The notes under the pieces: generated by a model | The model's database searches: none | What the model saw: the letters and a program-made list of their open reading frames with translations, nothing else | Told to the model about the DNA's origin: nothing | Part shown: piece by piece, positions 1 through 10,662 of the stretch | Position numbering within the stretch: position 1 is the first letter of the stretch | How the letters are laid out: each line of letters starts with the position of its first letter | From: Octopus vulgaris | Lineage: Eukaryota | NCBI GenBank assembly: GCA_951406725.2 | Contig: OX597817.1 | Coordinates: forward strand, 21,886,001-21,950,000 | Reading direction: 5' to 3' | DNA: 64,000 nucleotides | Position numbers and translations under genes: made by a program

Positions 1-229
1 TGGAAAAAAATAATTAAGGAGCAAAGAACAAAGAAGTTTTAGATTCAATTTGGTGTCAGACGCACAAATATCTAATGCCGTTTAGCGTAATACTATGTCT
101 TTCACAAATTCTCATATCCTTAAATATATGTCACAGTGACAATGAAGAAATCATCAATACTTTCCTTATGTTGACATTATATATATTTCCTTATGTTGAC
201 ATTAACTCACGGAATATATTTACTTTATG

Positions 230-568
230 CGTCTTCTAGTTTAATATGTTCTCTGTTTTCTTCATTAACGCGCATAATTTTTGATTGTCGCGGTTGACTT
301 TCAATCCTAGATTGGCAGCTCTTGCTTCTAATTTTGGCTTTACGTTTGTGAAAGCAATGCTATATGATCTGCAAAGTCGATGTCTTCTAGAACGTCTGCA
401 TCCGTCCATTCAATGCCTGTTTGGCTTTCAATCGTAATTTCCTTCATAATCTAATCAATAACTAGTAGAAATAAAAAAGGCAGAAAGTATACAGCCCTGT
501 CGAACTCCTGTTTTTACTTCGAATTTATCCGTAGCTCCGTTTCCATGCAAGACACGGCATGACATACT
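230..568 (-). mobile_element. RTE-clade LINE reverse transcriptase fragment (inverted 5' part)
   Basis: Minus strand translates SCRVLHGNGATDKFEVKTGVRQGCILS...LEDIDFADHIALLS...LGLKVN. These match the RT motifs GVRQGC and DFADD typical of RTE LINEs. Stops and frameshifts are present. Left boundary approximate. Confidence 0.85.
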
Positions 569-917
569 TAAAATTAGATGGCCCGAACACATAAGCATTA
601 AGGAGCCGTGCCAAAGAACAAATCAAGTTTCGATTAGAAGCAAATACTTAAGAAAAAGTGGAAGTGGATTGGTAGCATAATTAGAAAAGACACACCAAAT
701 GTAGCGAAAAGTGCTTTACAGTGGAATCCTGATGTGTATAGAAATAAAGACAGGCCTAAAAATTCGTAACGTAGATCAACATGAAAGGAACTAGAGAAAG
801 GGGGACATTTATGGCAGAGTATAAGTACAGAAGCGAAAAATTATGCGACATGGAATTCAATTATAAGTGGGCTATACTCCGCGTTGGACGCTTAAAGGCA
901 GAAAAAAAGAAAATAAA
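564..917 (+). mobile_element. RTE-clade LINE ORF C-terminus and 3' end
   Basis: Plus strand gives ILKIRWPEHIS...KWKWIGSIIRK...ALQWNPD...RPKNS*RRST*KELE...W...GLYS, the typical RTE C-terminal pattern, followed by an A-rich tail. Confidence 0.85.
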
Positions 918-1684
918 TGAGTCTTCAGGAGATTAATTTTACGTCAGGAAGTAAGATATACATTTTGGAAGAATGAAGTCGAATGAAGTTTGTAGGAACG
1001 AAATATTTCTAGAAAATTGAGGAAATCACTGTAGTGATAGGTTCGTAACGCTTGCAAACCTTTCTTGAATGATGTGACTGCAAACCAGTATGTGAAAGTA
1101 AATTATTTGCAACAGAGTAAACTCCTCCAAAGATAGGCAAGTATTACATAGTTGTGATAAACCAAGCAGTGTGTTGAGCCTGAGGTCGCAGCATGATGAA
1201 ATGTTTAAGTTCGCTTCAAAAACACGAAAGCGTAGATTCAATTACATCGCATGACATTTTGAGCATGGGTATTTCACTTAGGTGTACCCAAGCTTTGAGA
1301 AAATAAAACGAGTTGGCAAGAATTGCGGAAATTCTCAGCAAAGATAGCACATTCAAAAGTACAACCTAATCACATAGTATCATGAAGATTCTACTTGATG
1401 ATTATATTAACGGTATACTTATCTATGTAATGATCAAACACTTATAGTATAAATCAATAGGCAGTAAAATTAGTTGATCGAACAGATGAAGCTTCGACGT
1501 CCTTTTACTCATGTAGGAAATACTACCTTAGTTTCCAGGCTTTAAACGTTTGAGATATTAAAGGCATCTCTTAAATAGAAGTTTAGATTCGTTCGTAATG
1601 TATTTAGATTCTGATCTATTCTTTCAAACCTGCAACAAACCATAAAGGTATTAGTCTTACATTAAAGTATGTTCAGAGATCTAT

Positions 1685-2076
1685 GGACGGAAGCACTCCG
1701 TCGGTTACGACGACGAGGGTTCCGGTTGATCCGAATCAACGGAACAGCCTGCTCGTGAAATTAACGTGTAAGTGGCTGTGCACTCCACAGACACGCGTAC
1801 CCTTAACGTAGTTCTCGGGGATATTCAGCGTGACACAGAGAGTGACATGGCCGGCCCTTTGAAATACAGGTACAACAGAAACAGAAAGTAAGAGTGAGAG
1901 AAAGTAAGAGTGGTGAAAGAGTACAGCAGGGATCACCACCATCCCCTGCCGGAACCTCGTGGAGCTTTAGGTGTTTTCGCTCAATAAACACTCACAACGC
2001 CCGGTCTGGGAATCGAAACCGCAATCCTATGACCGCGAGTCCGCTGCCCTAACCACTGGTCCATTGCGCCTCCACC
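1685..2076 (-). mobile_element. tRNA-derived SINE (head B + tail 1), full length, 12-bp TSD
   Basis: Minus strand begins gtggaggcgcaatggaccagtggttagggcagcggactcgcggtc...ggtttcgattccc (A and B boxes). Flanked by the direct repeat tcagagatctat at 1673-1684 and 2077-2088. Confidence 0.9.
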
Positions 2077-2576
2077 TCAGAGATCTATATGAAGACGCCG
2101 TATCAATTTTAAGAAAAATAAATATTCATACGTACATATATTTTTCGTGGGTGCAGATGACGAAATATAGTTGGGAGAAGTCATTAACTCCAAAACGTAG
2201 TAAAGCATAATATATAAATTAAGCAATTTTCTAGGAATGGAATTAGAAACTACACAAACAACACACTTTTCTGTGAACCTGCTGCAAGTTTATGAAGACT
2301 CTATTCTTAAATAGGAAATCTTTATTCGAGAATTTTATCAGATGCATGTTACAAACTTATTGTATTTAAAACTAGATCTTCTACACTGCCGTTTAGTTTA
2401 AAGAATATATGACACGATAATGGCATAGAATTAGGGAATACATCAGGACGTTCATGGATAAAAGACCTTTGATCATCCGACTTGAAGCGAAAGAAGAACA
2501 ATAGTTATGATTTCGGTCACTTTTCATTTCACAGCAGTCATTAAAAGTGTCTTGGCGTTTATATATATATATATAC

Positions 2577-3345
2577 ATGAGGTGTTACTGAAATGTCTCC
2601 GGACTTGTGCTTGATAACAAAATAACTTGTTTACCTAGGAGTTAACATGATCTCCTTCGAAATAGTCACCTTGCGAGCTAAAAACCGGTCCCAGCGATCC
2701 TGCCACATTTCGAATCCTGCTTGGAAGTCGTTTTCTTTAAGCGAGTCGAGGGTTTTCTGTGATTCGCTCTTGATCTCGACAATGATATCAAAACGGCGAC
2801 GCTTGTGCTGTTTTATTCATATTGGAGAAGTGGTGTAAGTCCGCAAGTGCTAAATCTGCCGAACAGGGCGGGTACGGAAGCGGTACCATGTTGTTTTTAC
2901 GAGAAACTCACAAATGAAGAGAGTTCGATGACAGGGCAAATTATTTTCGTGAACAATCCAATTTTTCATGCCCCATAGATCTGGTGGTTTTCGCCGAATA
3001 TCCTCTCTCAAACACGTCAAAATATCGCAGTAGAACTTTCGATTAACGGACCGATACCGGTGGACAAATATTATATGTACAATACCGCAGATGTCGAAAA
3101 AAAAAATAATGAGAATGTTCTTGATTTAGCCGCGGCTTTGTCGTGCCTTCTTCGATCGTAGAATGAAACGCTTTTACATTGTGATGAGTGCTGCTTCTTC
3201 TCAGGGTTGTACCAATATACCCAACTTTTATCGCCGGTGATGATCCTTGACATGAATGATTGGTAAAGCTACCCCACGGAAGAGAAGCAGTTGAGGGAGA
3301 GGACATTTCGACTAGACGAAAAAGTGCGGAAGTGTCCTGGGACAT
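2577..3345 (-). mobile_element. Degenerate mariner (DD34D-type) transposon remnant
   Basis: Minus strand shows SRIITGDKSWVYWYNPEKKQHSSQ (first catalytic-Asp motif) and C-terminal SQGDYFEGD. A TIR-like gaggtgttactgaaatgtctccggac abuts (TA)n at about 2578. Confidence 0.8.
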
Positions 3346-4404
3346 TTCTTGATTTCAATATTATCATCTGTAATAATACTATTTCTGTCTATTTTTGTAC
3401 GTAATATGCTTTGATGACACATGTAATTCAGTCCGAAAATTGTTGGTCTTGGTAATTTTTTTTTTGTTTGTTTTAGGTTTTACTTCTTTTATGCGTATTA
3501 TACTTGTTTAATCTCCTCAAATCTGATCAGACATCAGATTCTCTAATGCCTTCTTAATGAATTCTGGAGATACAGCGCGATTTGAGGGAGTTAATGCTGA
3601 CTGTAATTTCTAGCATGTCAACCGTCCACGTACAAGCTCTCGTTAATGTTTAAAAAAATGCGAGAAGTGTATATTTTAATCATGCTCTCCGTGTCTTTCT
3701 ACAAAGAATAAAAGAAATAAATTAAACACAATACAATCTCGATTTGAATCCGCATTGAAGACGATGTTTGCCTTGGTTACGGCTGTTATTCTTTAAGCAG
3801 ATGCTTCAAATTTTCATTCAAATTCTAATTTCTAGGCGTCTCAATTCCAGGAAATAGGCTGTATGGATAGCAATTTCCGAATATCGCTTTAACTTATGGA
3901 ACAACATTAATCGGAAACATGAATGAAATCTTTAGATAAGAATAAGCAGTTTAGAGCCCAGAAATGACTGATTCATCCCTTTCTGAACAATCTAATGTCC
4001 ATTCAATGAATATTCAACGTACTTAACGCACAGATAAGATTTTAGGCTTCATTCCAACGAAGAAATTTCCATATATACACTGCATATATTGAAGAAGAAA
4101 AAAATTATCTAGAAAGTAACAATGCTTGAAGCATGCAGACGTCATGACTGAAGGCAAGCTGATGCAAAGACTTTAGTTACTGAAATAATGAACAATTTTC
4201 ATTGAATACATTTCCATTGGATTTTAAAACAGATTTAGTTGCATTTTCATTTTTATTTTTTCAGAATAATTGTTGTTCCCATAACAAGCACACATTCCTA
4301 GATCAGAAAGCTCACAAAAATGTAGACGTGGCTCGAAAATATATGCATATGTATGCGTGAGGTAAAAGTGACACAAGAGCCAGAATTTCGAATATTTCAC
4401 TTCA

Positions 4405-4549
4405 AATGTGTGTGCGTGTGTGTGTGTGTATTTTTGTGTATAAAGATATAAAAATGTGCGTGTCTGTGTATGGTTGTAGGTATGTATGCGTACATATATA
4501 CATGTATAAATATGTATAAATATGTACATGTGTATATATGTGTATATAC

Positions 4550-4600
<51 letters not shown>

Positions 4601-4701
4601 TGTGCGTGGGGTTTGTGTTTGTGTTTATATATATGCGTGTATATATATATATTATATATAGATAGATACATATGTACATACATACATACATACATAAATA
4701 A

Positions 4702-4789
<88 letters not shown>

Positions 4790-4795
4790 GTAGGT
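4405..4795. repeat. Compound microsatellite (TG)n/(TA)n/(CATA)n/(GATA)n
   Basis: Read directly. Explains the YLSI/HT-repeat ORFs. Confidence 0.95.
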
Positions 4796-5881
4796 GCGCA
4801 CACATGTGAGTATGCTATGAGTGAATATTTGTTTATTCTGCCAAGGTGCTAACAGAAACAAAAAAATACTTATGGACTCATTCATAGAAGCATATAGAAA
4901 TGATTATACAATTACGTAGCTGTCGTGTGATAAGCAACATAATTATTTATTGCGTTATAGGTAATTGAATTAATATAGCAAGTAATGTGATTGGAAAGAT
5001 CAATACAAAATAGATGAAAATGATAGTCTCATCATGAAAGACAAGAAGTTAGCCGTGTCAAAATGAATGAGTTAAAAATTTATATGGAATAGCTATCTTT
5101 GAATGATTTACTAAAGTATAATTTTCTTTCAACTGATGTTTTATAGATAAATAAAGAATGAACTATATGGTGTTTTGATGTACAGGACGAGACGATGTAA
5201 CCTGATTGTATACCGAATATAATTGTTGAGCCCTTATACAAGCAAAGGACAAAACTTAACGTGTTGAAGTTTATAAAAACAACACTAATATTTTCGGGGA
5301 GAGATGTTGATAAAATGCTTTAAATCATGGATTTTTCAGAAGGAATTAATGGGTGCATAGGCAATAGAGAAGATTTCAATGTTCAGTTTTTGTCAGGAGA
5401 ATGAAATGTAAAATTTTGAGCGCATAAGGTAAACATCAGAGTCACGATAAAAGAAAAAGAGGTGTTATTACACGAAATGTTTTCCATGTTTACCTAGTGC
5501 AAAAGTGTCTTATTTTTCAATTAAAAAAAAATGCGTTCAATTCATTTCTGCTAATAACAAAATTATTTGCGACTTTTTAGCCATTGCCTTTAACATACTT
5601 ATATAGATCTTATCATACTATAGATATAGTATGATTTTATTTTTAGATTTCCTTAAACGTCACATTTACTATTTATGATAATTTGATACAAGAGCCATAT
5701 ACAACACGAAGACGTACTTACACAGCAGATCTTATGATTTGAGGTTGTGTGCTGAAACTAAAACGATTACAGCGTAGAAGACATTTGTTTGCCACTCAGA
5801 AAACCACAGTCATGCAAGGAAAATGTTGACACAAATGTTTAAGAGAAGTTAATGGATTTGAGTGTTTCTACCTCGCTGCAG

Positions 5882-5927
<46 letters not shown>

Positions 5928-5932
<5 letters not shown>

Positions 5933-6155
5933 TAAATTAGAGACAAAACCACTATTAGACAAATCATACAATGAAAAACTTAAGCCAATACATAAGATTA
6001 TTTAATTTATATTATTTAAATATATAACAAAATTATTAAAAATATATAATTAATATATCACTACGATCGTTTAATGGCTGTTAATGTCTTTAAATTTTCG
6101 AGTTACAGTCATTCATCAGGTGGTTTAAATAAGTTTGGATTTATTCCCTAATATT

Positions 6156-6158
<3 letters not shown>
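5928..6158 (-). mobile_element. Short non-autonomous Penelope-like terminal fragment in (TA)n, carrying a hammerhead motif
   Basis: AT-rich block of about 230 bp bounded on both sides by (TA)n, containing the motif at 6059-6122. Confidence 0.6.
6059..6122 (-). ncRNA. Type I hammerhead ribozyme-like motif (G12 mutated)
   Basis: CAC-CUGAUGA-[AUGACUGU...ACAGCCAU stem II]-UAAA-CGAUCG-UA-GUG. Stem I is CAC/GUG and stem III is palindromic. GAAA is changed to UAAA. Confidence 0.6.
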
Positions 6159-6211
<53 letters not shown>

Positions 6212-6332
6212 GTATGTATATGTATATTAAGAAAGTAGTAAAGTACAGTATAAAGTTCGTTCACCCTAAGATGTCACTCTGTGCTCTCTAGTAGTAGTAT
6301 TGCGTTTGGGCATCTGTCGTGTGTGAATAGAT

Positions 6333-6582
6333 AATTCAAAGAATTTAGAGTTAACGAAAAGGAGAACGTTAGGACGTTTCTTTTCAATTACTACAATTGT
6401 TTCTACACAACGTAGTTCTTCAGGCGTACAGGCACTTGATGATTCAGCCGTTTCCGTGCAAGAAAACGTTGCACAATTAAGTACCTGCAGGCCTGGAGAA
6501 CTACGTTGTGTAGAAACAATTGTAGTGATGGAAAATAAAGGTCCAACCGTACCCCTTCTCGTTGACTCCAAATTTTTGAATT
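6333..6582. mobile_element. Inverted-repeat element (arms 6333-6439 and 6478-6582) with a hammerhead-like motif in each arm
   Basis: Arms are reverse complements, e.g. ctacaattgtttctacacaacgtagttct / agaactacgttgtgtagaaacaattgtag. Each reads outward as CUG(A/G)AGA...GAAA-CAAUUG-UA (6390-6425 minus, 6491-6526 plus). Stems I and II are weak. Confidence 0.7.
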
Positions 6583-7059
6583 GTATATATTTAGCCCCCA
6601 CTCCATATATATATATGTGTGGGGGGTATGTGTGTGCGTGTGTGTGTATGTGTAGTAAAAAAATAAAGAGAAGGAAAGTACACAAAATGTATGTATCTTT
6701 TATGAGATAGAATGTTTACTAAGTTAACTGTTTGCGTTGTAGCAAATCATGACTGAGAAATTAGTGAAAATATTAAGATTTCCCTGTATTATAAGAGTTT
6801 GTTTAGTCCATGATAGTAGCAGGACAGTTGTTTTTTTATAATGAAAGTCTAGATAAATAAATCTAAGCGGAAGTAATTCGTGATTGTTATTATTAGAGGT
6901 AGGGGAGGTAATTACTCTTTTTATGGGTAAATTGATAGGTGACTTGGTAGTAGTTATATTACGAAGTCATGAATTTATGAAATACATATTTATATATTGA
7001 AGATATTTAAGTTGCTTATGCGTTCATGAATTACAATATTTATAAAATCGAAAATAGGT

Positions 7060-7480
7060 TATATGTTCATCCGTTGCAGTTTGTATTTTTCAGTAAATAT
7101 ATGTTATTTATTTAACCGTTGTTGTACAGAAATTGTTTCCTTTCATTAGTAATTGGAGAAAACAGCGATGTTTGGTTGGACATTCCACACACACCTCTAT
7201 GTGTTCGCTTCATGATATCTGGGAAATTAATTTGGCCATTATGAATTGTTGTTCTTCCCCTGAGAGTTATTTTATTTGACTTCAATGGTTGTGTTAAGAT
7301 CCTGAACAAGTTGTCACGTAAATTAAGGTTTCGTATGTGAAATGGAAATTCGTCTTAATTGTGAATTTCTGTTTTTATTTGAAGTGGAAATCCGCACCTT
7401 CCAAGGCATAAGGGCGTAGCTAGGAGGCTTCAGAAACTATAAACCGTACAAGTGGTATTGAGCACTCCTTTTTCACTCGT
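7060..7480 (-). mobile_element. Decayed Penelope-like element GIY-YIG endonuclease fragment
   Basis: Minus strand, across frameshifts: QKFTIKTNFHFTYETLIYVTTCSGS*...TLRGRTTIHNGQINFP...SEHIEVC. This resembles the PLE GIY-YIG pattern NLIYVITC..C...YIGQT...LR.R...H. No intact ORF. Confidence 0.6.
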
Positions 7481-7637
7481 CTGACATTCATAACTTTCGT
7501 ATACATACATACTTACATACGTACATGCATACATATATGTGTGTGTATGTACATATGCATATATATGAATACATGTGAATTGCACACACGCTCAAAGACA
7601 AATACACATACAGACACTCAAGAAAACACATATATAC

Positions 7638-7688
<51 letters not shown>

Positions 7689-8018
7689 TTGACAGTCAAA
7701 TTCATGAAGATGAAAATCATAATTATCCCGTTATTGCTTCAGGAGAAATGAAATTTATTATTTTAAGTTCACTTGATAACGCCCAGAATCGAGATATATT
7801 AGTTATTATTTATTTTCAATTATTTGGTGATTTCATTTTCCCGTTTTCCCCCTGGTCTTGCTGAGATTAAATATGGAAAACAAAATTAAGATGCATATAA
7901 ACTTTCTTTAATTTCGAATTTACCAAGGGAATAGGTGGATGGTGAACAATAATCAATAAATATACGACATACATTTTGAACTAGCATACACGCATAACCA
8001 TGAGGACATTTTTAAGGG

Positions 8019-8063
<45 letters not shown>

Positions 8064-8099
8064 CATTTATATATGCATACAAGCATGCATATATTCCTA

Positions 8100-8134
<35 letters not shown>

Positions 8135-9288
8135 GCGTTGTATATATATAGATAGGTGCATATGTTTATATATACATACACATATATATGAATATACATA
8201 TATATTTGCATGTCTGCTCATACGGTCATACATATACATATATATGTGTGTGTCTGAATATAGGCATGTTTGTATATATATAAACATTATATTGCACAAT
8301 ATTTCCCAATTGCAGGAAGTCGTATAAGAGGTATGCTACTGTTCAAGAAAGCGTTATTTACTGTACTTCTGTGTATTTTTACAAAGTTATGTACCACCAG
8401 TTATAATTGATACGATATAGACGGCGCCACGTTGAGGCATCTTTCAGCCAATCAGAAAGGAAACGGTTTACAACAAACTGAAATGGCATTTGTTTCTGTT
8501 ATTTTATATAAAATGTCGTCGTTTGAAGTTAAAGCTAGATACGAAATGATTATTTCAAATAATCTACCCACAAATTGTTCGAAAACAGAAAAGAAATCTA
8601 TTTTAAGAAAGGACTTCCTTCGAATATTGCTTCGTAACTATTATTTTCACACCTATCTAGTTTGCCTTGAATTGTTTATTTCTAAATATTATTCGGCACA
8701 ATGGAACTCTACCAAACAAGAACTGTAAAGAACAACGATTCTGTCACATGGTGTGTTTGTGTCCATGTCTGAGGATGGTCTATGGAAAATTTCAGCATAA
8801 ATTTTGTGTAGACTATCTTAACAAGAAAGACGATTGGCTTCGAATTATGTCCTGTTCACTATATAACAAAACGTACCGGTTTCTAGAGACAAAACCTTTT
8901 ATTCCGGATGATAATATTGAAATCCAGGAATGTCCCGGATTGTTGGAATACCAAAATGAAGGCTGTAACTATGAAATGTGGAACTGGGATCAACAACAAC
9001 ACTTTGATGAGTATTCCAACAGAAACGTCAGTATCACAAAGCAGAAAGCATCGACACAAAAATTCTAATTAGATGGCCATGTCTTTCGAGTAAAATGAGA
9101 AAAGCAGCATTGGTGTTACTTTTTGACACTTTCCTGAGAGCATTGACAAAAGATTTTCATGGTCAAGTAAAAGAAATTTGTGATATCTTCAAATGTTTCC
9201 AGTTTCTTACGTATGGTTGCTTACCGAAGCGTACTGAGTACCATCATTAACATCATCCTGCTACATATATATATATATATATATATAT

Positions 9289-9505
9289 GTACAGATCGCC
9301 ATGTTGAATCGCTAGCTTCTGCACGCATTTTTTTCTCTCCTTGTTTCTCTCCGTGTTTCTTTTCTGTGTATCTTTCTGTTGAAGAGCTTAGGCTCGAAAC
9401 GTAAAAGACTTGTTTTATTTATATTCCTGAGCCCCATACTAATACAATTGCTTGTTTGTACTCCACTTGCGTTCGTCTTTTGTTTATTCTCATAAAGCTT
9501 CCCGT
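9289..9505 (+). mobile_element. Penelope-like pseudo-LTR fragment in (TA)n, carrying a hammerhead motif
   Basis: Pyrimidine-rich leader, hammerhead motif and T-rich 3' part, flanked on both sides by (TA)n. Related to the 34140-34335 element. Confidence 0.7.
9371..9408 (+). ncRNA. Minimal type I hammerhead ribozyme-like motif (A6U variant)
   Basis: UCUUU-CUGUUGA-A-GAGC(UUAG)GCUC-GAAA-CG-UA-AAAGA. Perfect 5-bp stem I, 4-bp stem II, ACGU palindrome, GUA cleavage triplet. Confidence 0.7.
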
Positions 9506-9512
9506 TATATAT

Positions 9513-9554
<42 letters not shown>

Positions 9555-10282
9555 GTTTAACGAATTGTGTTGCAAAATCCCTAATGTTAAATCGTGTATT
9601 GAAACAAATATTTTGGTATTCCGTATAGTCATTTTGTTTTTGCCAAATAAAACCACACACCCACTATATATTTGGTATTCACTCATTTATAACAGTTCGT
9701 ATTAATTTTTATTTTTACTCACGTCATGAGAATGGAGTAATTGGAGCGAGAGCAAATACGTAAACGAAAAGTGTCACCGAAGAGATGACAGATGTGTGAT
9801 GAAGGGTTTCCGGACAATGAACATGAGTTATAAAATAAGAAGTCATAAATGAGTGAAGAACAAATATATAGAATGTGTGTTTATTTGGGAAAAGAATGAC
9901 CATACAGAAATACAAGAATATTCATTTCTTGTCGATCACGACTAATACTATCGAATTCTGTGCATTTGAACAAGTGATGCACAGTTTTTATATTATTGAC
10001 TGTTATGAACATTTATACTTGTCAACATTGAAACTTTATAACATGTTTTTCTAATTCGGGATTCTAGATCCTTACCATTGATAAACAAAAAATATAGTTG
10101 AAACTAGTTTGGTAGATATGTAAATAAATTTATTTAAAAATAATTACTCGTTTTTCAAATTTAGGTGCATTTTCAACAATAAATTTGCATATTTTCTTCC
10201 TGCATGAAATTACACCCCACTCTTTTGCTATACATACACACATACATACATACATACATACATACATACATACATACATACA

Positions 10283-10318
<36 letters not shown>

Positions 10319-10375
10319 TATAAGAAAAAACAAGTCAAGATAGAAAATGCTAAAATAATTTTATAAAGAACATTT

Positions 10376-10412
10376 CAGTACCGGTTTCGGTCATTTGAGA
10401 CCTTTTCAACTG
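10376..10412 (-). ncRNA. Minimal type I hammerhead ribozyme-like motif with compensatory C3U/G8A core
   Basis: CAG-UUGAAAA-GGUC(UCAAAU)GACC-GAAA-CCGG-UA-CUG. It lies in a block of about 145 bp (10322-10466) between (CATA)n/(TA)n tracts. Confidence 0.72.
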
Positions 10413-10570
10413 TAACAATTAAAAAATTTAATTTAGAAAAACTAAAAGCAAAGTTTTTTTAAAAGAATATATATATATATATATATATATATGCTCACAA
10501 AATTTATATATCAAGCCTGTCTTCCCAATTAAATATAAATGCATGTGTGTGTCCATCTATAGTCAATAAT

Positions 10571-10601
<31 letters not shown>

Positions 10602-10609
10602 TAGCTAGC

Positions 10610-10662
<53 letters not shown>
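10571..10662. repeat. (TA)n/(GATA)n microsatellite
   Basis: Read directly. Confidence 0.95.

Noticed and set aside
161-204. Short direct repeats (tttccttatgttgacatta x2; also 21-bp repeats at about 42774-42815 and 62813-62853) as CRISPR-like arrays
   Set aside because: Only two units each with no spacer series, in eukaryotic context. These are ordinary slippage duplications.
4224-4885. Long ORFs with YLSI/HT/IY/CV repeats (also at 8012, 41520, 45038, 49041 and elsewhere)
   Set aside because: They are translations of (GATA)n, (CA)n and (TA)n microsatellites, which lack stops in some frames.
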